DNA of 61,950 nt, taken from the NCBI GenBank assembly GCA_002309655.1, contig DBXM01000028.1:1-61950 (forward strand). The letters are read 5' to 3'. Of this stretch, positions 49,022 through 58,123 are shown piece by piece. A program made the translations under genes and the position numbers. Positions within the stretch are counted from its first letter, which is position 1; every line of letters begins with the position of its first letter. Source of the stretch: Mageeibacillus sp. UBA1212 (lineage in GTDB: Bacteria; Bacillota; Clostridia; UBA1212). The notes beneath the pieces are model-generated. The model did no database searches, had not been told where the DNA came from, and saw only the letters and a list, made by a program, of their open reading frames with translations.

Positions 49022-50068
49022 TTAATCGATCCTGCTGCCGCCCCACTCGACGACGGTAAATCCTTTACGCTCGGGCGCGGCAAGCAAGCTAAGGTCGGGC
49101 GCCTCGACATCCGTCTCGTTTTCAAGCGGTTTGAAGACCATAAACACCCTGATAACAGTGTCCGGCGCCGGATCGACAGTCAGGACGGCGTTTTTCTCGT
49201 ACGCCCCTGTCTGGAACGTGATCAGGTTGTACCGGTTGTCCTTCATCAGCGGGAGCCAGTAGATGATAAACTCGTTCGCCTCCCTCTCGGAAAGCCCCAG
49301 CTTCGGGAGCGTTTCGGAAAGGAACGACGCTGTTTCGCTGCCTTTTACGCAGAAGCCCTTCGACAAGTCAAAATCGGTCCCGCAGGCGCCCCTGCCCTCC
49401 CAGTAGAGCGCATAGTATCGCTTTCCGTCGGGGAACGTCAGCGTTCCGTCCTTTGAAGCAATGAAGCCGGTCCAGCCCTCCTCGCCGTACTCCGGGTACG
49501 TGCACGTCAGCACGCCGTTAAAGTCGAGGCGGACGCTGCAGACGGTATCCTCCTCCGGGTAGAGGTAGATGATTGGCTTGTCAAAAACAGGCTCCGTGGC
49601 AGGATCGGCGGGCCGGACGCTTATCGTTTTCGTGACGGTGAGCTTCGTCTCATGATAGTATCCTCCGACGCTCTCATGCTGCAGCGTCTCCCTGACCACG
49701 TCCTTTCCGTCAAAAACGACCCTCAGCGTCTGGAACCACCCAAAAGCCTTGTTCGCGCCGGCGTATTTGACAAAAACGTCGTCCTCGAACTCTCCTCCGC
49801 CGCCGAAGCCGTTTTTGTCCAGGACCGTTACGTAAACGTAGCCCACGTAAATCGTTCCGGGTTCAAACGACGTTACGCCGCGGACGCACGTTAAAGACGC
49901 GTCGGAATCGTGCGACTCATAAAACGTCTCGCCGCCTGTCTCACCGGGCTCCTCCTGCGGCGCCTTGCCGCAGCCAAAAGACGTCGCGACCATCAAAGAA
50001 GCCGTCAGAACAGCAATAACCATCTTCAAAAATCTCATTTTTGCCATTCCAAAATGCTTTTCGTTCAT
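49022..50068 (-). CDS. Uncharacterised lipoprotein with KPIIYLYP...VVEWGG domain
   Basis: Lipobox-like SFGC; KPIIYLYP, LYWEG, EFIIYWLP, VVEWGG motifs. Confidence 0.75.
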   Translation of the reverse strand: MNEKHFGMAKMRFLKMVIAVLTASLMVATSFGCGKAPQEEPGETGGETFYESHDSDASLTCVRGVTSFEPGTIYVGYVYVTVLDKNGFGGGGEFEDDVFVKYAGANKAFGWFQTLRVVFDGKDVVRETLQHESVGGYYHETKLTVTKTISVRPADPATEPVFDKPIIYLYPEEDTVCSVRLDFNGVLTCTYPEYGEEGWTGFIASKDGTLTFPDGKRYYALYWEGRGACGTDFDLSKGFCVKGSETASFLSETLPKLGLSEREANEFIIYWLPLMKDNRYNLITFQTGAYEKNAVLTVDPAPDTVIRVFMVFKPLENETDVEAPDLSLLAAPERKGFTVVEWGGSRID

Positions 50069-50083
50069 GTCAAGCTCTCCTTA

Positions 50084-52288
50084 TCAAAATAGGGTTTTAA
50101 ACGACGCGTTGTTGTATTTTTCAAGCAGTTCGTTGATAAACAGCCGTTCCTCCTCGGTCACCTTTATGAACACACGCTCATTTATGTTCCTGAACAGCCC
50201 ATTCGCGTCAAGGTAGTAGATCTCCTTATCGCCGTTCAAAAAAATGTGCGAAAACGAGAGATTCATGGTGTCGTCCGGCTGCCAGCGCCCGCTGTTAAGT
50301 ATTCCCAGAAGGTACTCCGAGTCCTCCTCCGTCGGCGCCACCGGAAGTATCATGTCGCAGCCGTTCTCCTCCGAATAAAACTTGTTCGCCTCGGGATAAA
50401 TTTTCAGAACAGTATGCACCGGATGGAGCTTCACCGCCTCGTTGAAAAGGCTTTCGGGAACGTTGCAGACCTCGGCTATGTACCCTTCGATGGCATTGCC
50501 TTTGTACCCGATATACGCCTTATATAGGCCTCCTTCGTCCTCTCCGAAGGCGATCTCAAGACTGCCGCAGTTTATGTAAATTCTGTAAAGCGAAAACGTG
50601 CTCTTCTCAAAGCGCGCGTGCGAGTAGACGTTCGTCCGCTGCTCGAGCAGCTTCAAAATGATATCCCTCAGCTCGTCCATCTCAAAATAGACGTCGTGTC
50701 CGTTGAAATACAACGATTGGTTGTTCATCATATCCTCGCGGTCCGCAATAGAGAAATAGCGCTTCTCAGGGAAATTATAAAATTTGATGCTCCTGTAGAC
50801 GTCCCAGTAAGGCGAGTCGACCTTATCGTCCTCATACGCGGGAAGCTCGGGGACAAGCTCGAGCTTTCTGGTGAAGTACAGTGTGACCTCGCTGCAGTTG
50901 TCCCCGGCCGCCATTCCGTAGCCCGCGAAAACCGCGTACAAATTTCCGTCAAGCTCGACAGGCTCCTCCGAAATCCTGTCGACGTGAACACTCGTCCACT
51001 CTGCCGTCTCTACCGAGAAGCAGTAGACGTTTTCGCCCCTCGCGGAATAGCAGTAGTAGTACGCGCCATCTTTGCTCCAACACTCCGTCTCGCGGTTAAG
51101 CCCGGTCACGGCTGTCCTGCGCGTGCCGTCCGTCCCCACGAGCTTCACGGAATAGATGGAATAGTTAGAACCGCTGAAATAGCAAGGCACCGGGACCGTT
51201 CCTTCGAGCTGCTCTCCGGTGACGGCGTCGTAGATCGCGACTTTCATCGGTCCGTTTTTTTCGTAATAATCCTTGACCGAGTATACTTTTCCGCGTGTCG
51301 CGAAGCAGTAGTCCCCGATCACCTCCGTCAGAACGCCGGTGCTCAGGTTGTAAAAACCGTTGAGATCGTCGCCGTTGACGAAAAGAAGATCGTCATCTAA
51401 AAACCTGCCCGCCATGTAAGAAAGGCCTTTGTCCTCAAGGATCTTCTGCCACCCGCCTGTCGCAGCGTCGAAAATATAAATGCACTGACCTCCGTCGGGA
51501 AAACTTGTGTTCAGCGCGAGTTTTCCGTTTCTAAAACACGTCCTTGAGTAGTTGCTGAGGAATTCGAAATCCTCGACGCCCTCGGGCGGACTCAGCTCCG
51601 TGACTGTGCGGCGATTAATGTCAAACAGCAAAACGGCATTCTCTATTTTCTCGGGAGTTATCGAGAATCTCTTCTTCATAAAAACAGCCGCAAGGTCGTC
51701 GCGCACCGTGTCGTGTCTGAAAAAGACCCACCAGTCCTTGAGCACGTCCTCCCCTATGATCCCCTCCAGCTCGTGATAGAGGCACGTCACCCTGCCCGTC
51801 TCCCTGTCGTAGTAGACGTTTTCGCAATTTTCGTGCTCTCCGAAAACGGAGGTGGAGATAACGTGCGCGTTCAAACTGTCAGAATTGAACGTTTTTATTG
51901 TGCTGTCGACGTCTTCGTACGTAAGAAGGTTCACGCTGAGTGTAACGTCCCCGAACCAGAAAGGCTCTTCGCCAGGCGTTGGCGTCGACACAGAATCGTG
52001 GTCTCCGGTTGCTGTTCCGGCTGCGGTTCCGGTTTCAGACGGCGTCGGCGCTTCAGCCTCCTTAGAGGTGCCTTCCGCGACCATACCGATATCTTCTCCG
52101 CCATTATTTAATGGGTTTTCGGGTTTTAAGAACGTCGGAAGCAAAACCGCGGCGACCACAGCCCCCAGAACAGCGACAGACGCGACCGCGGCGATGACGA
52201 TCCTCCCGGCCTTGTATTTCGCACCGGCCGGCTCGGGCTCGCGGTTTCCGATATTTGAAAGAGCTTTTCTAAAATCGTCCTTGTTCAT
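50084..52288 (-). CDS. Single-TM protein with large extracellular domain (anti-sigma-like N-terminus)
   Basis: MNKDDFRKALSNIG, TM, Thr/Pro linker; ATGA overlap with the upstream regulator. Confidence 0.7.
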   Translation of the reverse strand: MNKDDFRKALSNIGNREPEPAGAKYKAGRIVIAAVASVAVLGAVVAAVLLPTFLKPENPLNNGGEDIGMVAEGTSKEAEAPTPSETGTAAGTATGDHDSVSTPTPGEEPFWFGDVTLSVNLLTYEDVDSTIKTFNSDSLNAHVISTSVFGEHENCENVYYDRETGRVTCLYHELEGIIGEDVLKDWWVFFRHDTVRDDLAAVFMKKRFSITPEKIENAVLLFDINRRTVTELSPPEGVEDFEFLSNYSRTCFRNGKLALNTSFPDGGQCIYIFDAATGGWQKILEDKGLSYMAGRFLDDDLLFVNGDDLNGFYNLSTGVLTEVIGDYCFATRGKVYSVKDYYEKNGPMKVAIYDAVTGEQLEGTVPVPCYFSGSNYSIYSVKLVGTDGTRRTAVTGLNRETECWSKDGAYYYCYSARGENVYCFSVETAEWTSVHVDRISEEPVELDGNLYAVFAGYGMAAGDNCSEVTLYFTRKLELVPELPAYEDDKVDSPYWDVYRSIKFYNFPEKRYFSIADREDMMNNQSLYFNGHDVYFEMDELRDIILKLLEQRTNVYSHARFEKSTFSLYRIYINCGSLEIAFGEDEGGLYKAYIGYKGNAIEGYIAEVCNVPESLFNEAVKLHPVHTVLKIYPEANKFYSEENGCDMILPVAPTEEDSEYLLGILNSGRWQPDDTMNLSFSHIFLNGDKEIYYLDANGLFRNINERVFIKVTEEERLFINELLEKYNNASFKTLF

Positions 52289-52779
52289 TTTGACTCCTCC
52301 GTCTCGATAAATCTTTTCAGCTTTTTTCTGATCTTGGACAGCTTCACCTTTACTGAAGAGAGGCTCATGCCGAATTCGTCCGCGATCGCCTTGCACGTTT
52401 TCATCGAAAAATAGCGGCTCATGAAAAGATCTTTGTCGCGCTTCCCGATTTTGCGCAAAAACGATTCGATTATCCGCTCCGCCCTCTCCGTGTCGCACGG
52501 CGCGCTTCCGCTGTCCGTAAAATCCTCGAACTCCGAGTCAATCAGATCGTTTTCGAGCCTCGACACGTACGCGTACCGCGAGTCGTTCATTATGTCCTCC
52601 GGCAAGACCCCGAAAAGCTCCGCCATCCGCTCGACGCTGACGCTGTCCGGAACGCGCGCCCCGGCCTCCCACATCGCCACGAGTGAGCGCGAAACAAAAA
52701 GCACGTCAGCCAGCGTCTGCTGCGACATCCCCTTGGTCTTTCTGAGTTCGGCTATCTTTTCAGAAGTGCAAAGCGGCAA
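52285..52779 (-). CDS. XRE-HTH fused to an ECF sigma region-4-like domain
   Basis: LR...GMSQ..LA..L.VSR..V..WE.G...P, then F..RYF......IA...GMS.SSVKV.L...RKKLK. Confidence 0.8.
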   Translation of the reverse strand: MPLCTSEKIAELRKTKGMSQQTLADVLFVSRSLVAMWEAGARVPDSVSVERMAELFGVLPEDIMNDSRYAYVSRLENDLIDSEFEDFTDSGSAPCDTERAERIIESFLRKIGKRDKDLFMSRYFSMKTCKAIADEFGMSLSSVKVKLSKIRKKLKRFIETEESK

Positions 52780-53053
52780 AAAATCTCCTCCGTGTTTTCC
52801 GGTCGATATTGAGTTGCAACCGGAGAATCCGTTTCACTGTTATTATATCACATTTGCGCGAATTTCTTTTGTCACAAAAAGTTAACGGGGCGCGTAAAAA
52901 AGGCGGGAAATGCTCGTCGGCCGACGCGCATTTCCCTTAGCGAGGGTTCGAGTCCCGAACATATAACTGTAAACGAAAAAGAAGCTCCTGCGCGTGAAGC
53001 TTCTTTTTATTTAAAAAATACTTTGGGTTGTGAAAGCCCGGCCTTTTTGCGTC

Positions 53054-53749
53054 TTAGAGCTCCTTGATTACCCTCTCGAGCACGCGGATACTGTTTGCGA
53101 CCGCCTGCCTCAGGAACTCCGGGAAGTCGTCCGGCGATCCGCCATCGGCGCTGTCCGAAATCGCCCTCACAATCGCGAACGGAATCTTGTTGATGAAGCA
53201 GACCGTGGCAATCGCGCCGCCTTCCATCTCGCAGCAAACCGCGCTTGGAAAATACTTCACGATCTCCGCCTTTTTGTCGTTCCCGGCCACAAAGCAGTCG
53301 CCTGTGGCGACGGTTCCCGTGACGTAAGCGAGGTTTTCCGCCTTGGCGGCCTTCTCGAAGAGCTTCACGAGCTTTTTGTCGCTTTTAATGTATATCTCGA
53401 ACTTGCCGTCAATGAAGCAGCCGCCCCGCGGGTCCCCGAGAGCGGTGGTGTCGAAGTCGTGCTGAACCGCGTCCTTTGCGATTGCGATGCCGCCGATCGA
53501 AAGCTTGTCGGTAAGCGTTCCCGCCACGCCGGTATTGATAATGTAATCCGGCTTGTATTTGAGCGCCATCACCTCCGCGCAGACGCCCGCACGGACTTTC
53601 CCGACGCCGCAGACGCAGACGACCGCGTCAACGCCGAACAGTTTTCCGCGTGTATATTTGGCGCCGCTCACGGTCGCGGTCCTTTTGTATTTCATCTTGC
53701 GGATGAGTTCCTCCGCCTCGGACTGCATTGCAGCGATTATCCCGATCAT
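53054..53749 (-). CDS. mtnN: 5'-methylthioadenosine/SAH nucleosidase
   Basis: IGIIAAM..E, GVGKV, INTGVAG, EMEGGA, RAISD. Confidence 0.95.
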   Translation of the reverse strand: MIGIIAAMQSEAEELIRKMKYKRTATVSGAKYTRGKLFGVDAVVCVCGVGKVRAGVCAEVMALKYKPDYIINTGVAGTLTDKLSIGGIAIAKDAVQHDFDTTALGDPRGGCFIDGKFEIYIKSDKKLVKLFEKAAKAENLAYVTGTVATGDCFVAGNDKKAEIVKYFPSAVCCEMEGGAIATVCFINKIPFAIVRAISDSADGGSPDDFPEFLRQAVANSIRVLERVIKEL

Positions 53750-53751
53750 TT

Positions 53752-54234
53752 TCAGTTCCCTCCGGGAGGCGCCGGGTAATCGAACCCGGCGCCCTCTTCC
53801 GCCTGTTTTTCCAGCACTTTAGCGTACTCCGCGCACTCTTTTTTCGCTGCCGAAAGCCTCAGCGACCTGTAGTTCCCGCACTCTTTGCGCAACTGCCCGA
53901 ACACTTTGCCCTCATAGGCCGCCGTCTTTTTGAGCGCCTTTATGACCTCGCGCCGCACGTTTTCATGGTCTTGACCGCGAACAAGAAGGTAGAATCCCGT
54001 TCTGCAGCCCATGGGTCCGAAGTAGATGACGTCGCCCGCGATGGCGGAATTCCTCAGGAACGTTGCCATCATATGTTCGACGGTGTGCATCGTCACGTTG
54101 TCCATATAGTCGCCCGAATTCGGCTTCCTGGTGCGCAGGTCGTACGTAGTCACGTCGCCGTCGATTCTCGAAACGTACATTCCCGGCACAATGAAGTCGT
54201 GGTCGACCGAAAAACTCGCAATTCTGTTGTTCAT
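53752..54234 (-). CDS. luxS: S-ribosylhomocysteine lyase
   Basis: SFSVDH, HTVEH, GPMGCRTGFY, CGNY. Confidence 0.96.
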   Translation of the reverse strand: MNNRIASFSVDHDFIVPGMYVSRIDGDVTTYDLRTRKPNSGDYMDNVTMHTVEHMMATFLRNSAIAGDVIYFGPMGCRTGFYLLVRGQDHENVRREVIKALKKTAAYEGKVFGQLRKECGNYRSLRLSAAKKECAEYAKVLEKQAEEGAGFDYPAPPGGN

Positions 54235-54270
54235 ATTATTATGTTCCCGCAGTGCAGTTTCCCCTATTTT

Positions 54271-54492
54271 TAGGGAAATGCTGATTTAATAGCTATTTTT
54301 GCGTGCGCGACCCCGAAGCTGTATGAAGATACTGCGAGAGGGGAGCTCGCGCAAAGCAAGCGGCAGCAATCGTCGCAAGACACCTTATACTTACGAGTAG
54401 GCCTGAATAAACGAACTGCGTTCAAATACGCTCATATGTAGTTCATCTGCACTTTGCCGCTTGCGTAAAGAGCATTAAAGCAGCTTTCCTTA
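54271..54492. repeat. Structured palindromic repeat, copy 3
   Basis: tagggaaatgctgatttaat...attaaagcagctttcctta; near-identical to copy 1. Confidence 0.9.
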
Positions 54493-55911
54493 AGTGTTCT
54501 CTTCAATAAACGTAATGACGCCCGCCGACCAGCCGTGGCACAGACTGTGCCTGTAGCCGATGTAGCAGTACGCGCCGTAGTCGCCGTGAATGTCCTTGAC
54601 ACCCTCGGGCGTCAGCTCGTCGATCCTGCCGCTGCCATCGAGCCACTCCATGTGGAAGTCCTCGAAGAACGTTGTCGCGCCGCGGTCCAGCATCGCGCCG
54701 TAGTAGTCCTTCATCAGCTTGAGCGCCGCCTCCGCGCCGTAATACTTCGCGATTGCGGTAAGAATGAAGTAGCTCATGAACGTTGAGAAGCCCTTAGCGC
54801 CGCCTTCGACCAGCTTCGCCGCCTCAATTCCGGACAGCTTCCCGGTCGCGAAGTACTTGAGCGCAATGACCTGCTTGGCGGATTCCACGTTCATCTCGAC
54901 CTTTTCCAGCTTCGCGAGCAGTTTTTCCGCGTCCGCGGCGCCCTCGTTCTCGCCGAACTGTTTGAAGACGGAAACCGCCCTCTTCGCGGCCATGATGTTG
55001 ATCGCACGCATTCCCGCCGGCTCGTCAGGCTGATCGTGGGTCGGCCAGTCGACAAAGAACCCCGGATAGGTCATGTTGCCCGCGTCGTCGACGAATTCGT
55101 TCATCTGCGCCACGAGGGCCTTCATGTAGGGAATCCTGCCCTTCAGGTACTCGTTCGCGCCGATCTTGCGCGCGTAGTCGGTCAGAATTATAATCCACCA
55201 CATGGAATATGCGGGCATGCCGTTCATCCAACCCGGCAGCGGCGTCTGATCCACGATAAAATCGAGGGACCTCTCGACGACTTCCTGCCTGCCGTAAAGC
55301 GTGGCGATCGCCATCGTCTCCGGGTACATGTCGCCGATCCAGACCAGTCTGTCGCGCTTCACGCCGTCCCAGATGTAGCCGCTGGAGGCGCACAGGTCGA
55401 GCGTCCTCTTCGCGGTGTCGAAAATTCTCGCCGTAAGCGGGTCGCCGCCCCTGTAGTTGTATATGACCTTCGCCGCGAAAATCTCGCCCTCAGCGACAAC
55501 GCTCTTCAGCAGCACCTGGCTGTAGCCCGTGAAGTCTATTCTGAGGAACCGGAAACCGGTCTGGCAGAATCTCATATCCGAAAAGTCTCTCAAATGAGTC
55601 TCAATGTCGCGGTTAGAATGGTCGTTGCACGCGCCTTTGTAGCCGATTTCCGCCATCGTCTCGCCGACCGACTCGCCGAACCTGAGCCGGATCTTTCCCG
55701 CACCGCCGGCCGCGAACGTCAGAATCCTCGCGGTTCCGCAGATCTCCTTCCCGAAATCCAGAACGATATACCCGTCGCCTTTTACGGCGGCAACGTCCCG
55801 CTCCGACAGGCCGATCTGCAGCGGTTTCTCTCTCAGCAGCGACTCGGCGTTAATAAACTCGCCCTCGGTCTTCACGATTCTGACCGGAAACTGTATCTCA
55901 GTCTTTTTCAT
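54490..55911 (-). CDS. Alpha-L-rhamnosidase (GH78)
   Basis: LDFGKE, GFRF, WDGVKRDRLVWIGD, GATTFFE, SLCHGW. Confidence 0.9.
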   Translation of the reverse strand: MKKTEIQFPVRIVKTEGEFINAESLLREKPLQIGLSERDVAAVKGDGYIVLDFGKEICGTARILTFAAGGAGKIRLRFGESVGETMAEIGYKGACNDHSNRDIETHLRDFSDMRFCQTGFRFLRIDFTGYSQVLLKSVVAEGEIFAAKVIYNYRGGDPLTARIFDTAKRTLDLCASSGYIWDGVKRDRLVWIGDMYPETMAIATLYGRQEVVERSLDFIVDQTPLPGWMNGMPAYSMWWIIILTDYARKIGANEYLKGRIPYMKALVAQMNEFVDDAGNMTYPGFFVDWPTHDQPDEPAGMRAINIMAAKRAVSVFKQFGENEGAADAEKLLAKLEKVEMNVESAKQVIALKYFATGKLSGIEAAKLVEGGAKGFSTFMSYFILTAIAKYYGAEAALKLMKDYYGAMLDRGATTFFEDFHMEWLDGSGRIDELTPEGVKDIHGDYGAYCYIGYRHSLCHGWSAGVITFIEENT

Positions 55912-56184
55912 TTCAATTCCTCTTTTCTCGCTCCGGCCCCGGCCGGACATAAAAAATGTGCTTAAAGACGGTTCCTTTCTGACGAAAATAATACGTAACG
56001 CGAAAAAGTCACATCATCTTTAAGCACATATTCTAAACATTCCGGCTCCCGCGGCTCTGTCCGCATTTATTTAATATGCAGCCGCAACAAAACAACTTTG
56101 CTTTCGCGCGAAAGCCGGAACAACTAATCAATCTTCTACGACACGTTAAATCTCAACCGACCGTGAAGGTCATTCGTGAATGAA

Positions 56185-57657
56185 TCAGATCTTGTCGTTG
56201 TCGTCGAAAATGTCACCGCAGTTCGGGCAGTGCTTCGGCGGGTTGTGCGGATCCTCAGGCTCCCAGCCGCACTTGTCGCAGCGGTAAAGCGGAGCGCCTG
56301 CAGGTCTCTTCTCACCGCAGTCGGTGCAGAAGTTGCCCTTGTTGAGCTTGCCGCAGTTCGGGCAGGTCCAGCCTTCCTCGGCGGGTTTCGCCTCGGGCTT
56401 CTTGGTGCCGCACTCGGTGCAGAAGTTGCCGGTCGCGGGCTTGCCGCACTTCGGGCAGGTCCATGTCTCGGGAGCGGGCTGAGCCGCGGGCTTCTTGGTG
56501 CCGCAGTTAATGCAGAAGTTGCCGGACGCCTGCTTGCCGCATCCCGGGCATACCCATGCATCAGCGGGAGCCGCAGGCTGAGCGGGCTGTGCCGGCTGAT
56601 TGGCCTGCTGGTTGGCAGCGAGCTGATAGAGGTTGCCGGCGTTCATGCCGCCCGCGTTCTGTGCGAGTCCGAGTCCGAGGAATCCGGTCATGGCGCCGCC
56701 TTCGTTCTCGGCAGCCTTCTTCATGGCCTCGATCTGAGCCTGGGTGAGACCCGCGGCCGCCAGGTCGATATTCCTGTACCTTGCTTCGTACTGAGCCTCG
56801 CTGATCTTGTTCTGCCACTCTTCGTCGAGAACGATAGGATTGAGGGCGACTTTAACGACCTCGATACCTCTGCCCTCGCCCCACTGGCGGGACAGCTCTT
56901 CGTTGACGGCTTCACCGAGCTCGTTTACGTGGAGTGTAAGCTCGCTGGGTCTGATCTCAAGCTGCGAGATCTTGCCGAGAGCCGGCTGCAGAGCGTGAAT
57001 GAACTCGCCCTTCATCGTTGTTGCGAGACCGTCGTCGTCTTTCTTGTAAACGTCTTTAACGTTGCCCGCGATGCTGGCGTAGAAGAGCAGCGGGTTGGCG
57101 ATCCTGAAGGTATAAACACCGGAGCACTTGATCGGCACGTCGAGGTCGAGAGAGATCTTCGTATCGACCACTTTGAACATAACGGGGCTCTGCGTTCCGA
57201 ACTTGTTGTCGAGAATTTCCTTCGTGTTGAAGTAGTAAACTCTCTGGTCCTTCGCGGTGTCGCCGCCGTAAGTGAACCTTCTCCACATAATCTTGAAGGT
57301 GTCAACTATCGACTTGCCCAGTTTTCCGGAAAAGATACTCGGCTCTGTCGAGGAATCGTATGTGAATTCGCCGGGTTCGCCGCAAACTTCGACTACTCTG
57401 CCCTGCTCCACGATGATCATGAACTGGCCGTCCGCTACTACGATACCGGAACCGTTGGAAATGATATTGTCGCTCGCTTTTGTGTTGGCGGAGCGGGAAG
57501 TGATCACTTTCTGACCCTTAACCATAAGGGTGTCGTTCGGAATGGACTCGCAGTAGAAGAATTCCTTCCACTGATCCTGCAGGGCGGACCCCACAGCACC
57601 TTTTCCGGCAGTAAGAAGATTGCTTCCCAAATTAACTATACCACTAAGTAATCCCAT
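56185..57657 (-). CDS. SPFH domain protein with C-terminal zinc-ribbon repeats
   Basis: NGSGIVV..GQ, QRVYYFNTKEI, KFGT..P; three W.CP.CG...GNFC..CG units plus a final CDKCG..CPNCG. Confidence 0.88.
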   Translation of the reverse strand: MGLLSGIVNLGSNLLTAGKGAVGSALQDQWKEFFYCESIPNDTLMVKGQKVITSRSANTKASDNIISNGSGIVVADGQFMIIVEQGRVVEVCGEPGEFTYDSSTEPSIFSGKLGKSIVDTFKIMWRRFTYGGDTAKDQRVYYFNTKEILDNKFGTQSPVMFKVVDTKISLDLDVPIKCSGVYTFRIANPLLFYASIAGNVKDVYKKDDDGLATTMKGEFIHALQPALGKISQLEIRPSELTLHVNELGEAVNEELSRQWGEGRGIEVVKVALNPIVLDEEWQNKISEAQYEARYRNIDLAAAGLTQAQIEAMKKAAENEGGAMTGFLGLGLAQNAGGMNAGNLYQLAANQQANQPAQPAQPAAPADAWVCPGCGKQASGNFCINCGTKKPAAQPAPETWTCPKCGKPATGNFCTECGTKKPEAKPAEEGWTCPNCGKLNKGNFCTDCGEKRPAGAPLYRCDKCGWEPEDPHNPPKHCPNCGDIFDDNDKI

Positions 57658-57852
57658 TTTTATCTCCTTTCAAACAATAAAAAATGTCTGCACTCTGATT
57701 TCTTGGAAAATCTATCTTTGCATGGAATATTATACCACTCTTTTCCCGCCCTTTCAAGTATGTTAATGATTTTTTATGCTTTCGCGCGCATGCCCGCGCC
57801 CGCGCACGTATTAAATGACTTTTGGCAGGAATTTGCGGCCGGTTTTGCTCGG

Positions 57853-57900
57853 GAATGATTCATGAATGATCCGTGAATTGTTCGTGAATTGTTCTCGAAC
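57853..57900. repeat. Four tandem 11-bp direct repeats
   Basis: gaatgattcat-gaatgatccgt-gaattgttcgt-gaattgttctc-gaac. Confidence 0.65.
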
Positions 57901-57930
57901 GCGAAAATTCGATTTTTTCTAAATTAACTA

Positions 57931-57959
57931 TTTACAAGGCGGGAATAATGTGGTATACT
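57931..57959 (+). promoter_or_regulatory. Sigma-A promoter of tRNA-Pro
   Basis: TTTACA-17nt-TATACT with extended TG. Confidence 0.8.
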
Positions 57960-57971
57960 GTGTGCCGTTGT

Positions 57972-58049
57972 CGGGGTGTAGCTCAGTTTGGCTAGAGTGC
58001 TTGCTTGGGGTGCAAGAGGTCGCCTGTTCAAGTCAGGTCACTCCGACCA
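57972..58049 (+). tRNA. tRNA-Pro(GGG)
   Basis: CGGGGTG...CACTCCGACCA; anticodon arm CTTGC-TTGGGGT-GCAAG; TTCAAGT T-loop. Confidence 0.96.
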
Positions 58050-58051
58050 TC

Positions 58052-58083
58052 AAAAAAGAGGCTTTTTGCGAGCCTCTTTTTTT
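58052..58083. terminator. Bidirectional terminator
   Basis: aaaaaagaggct...agcctctttttt. Confidence 0.8.
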
Positions 58084-58123
58084 CGTCTTATTTGCTTCCA
58101 ACTCAGGCGCTTCCCTGCCGCGT

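Noticed and set aside
52860-53050. Complete tRNA or SAM riboswitch near mtnN
   Set aside because: No cloverleaf, no recognisable SAM-I or SMK consensus, and it lies 3' of mtnN.
53054-54234. luxS-mtnN as a dedicated quorum-sensing system
   Set aside because: Ordinary activated methyl cycle pair; no AI-2 receptor genes in the window.
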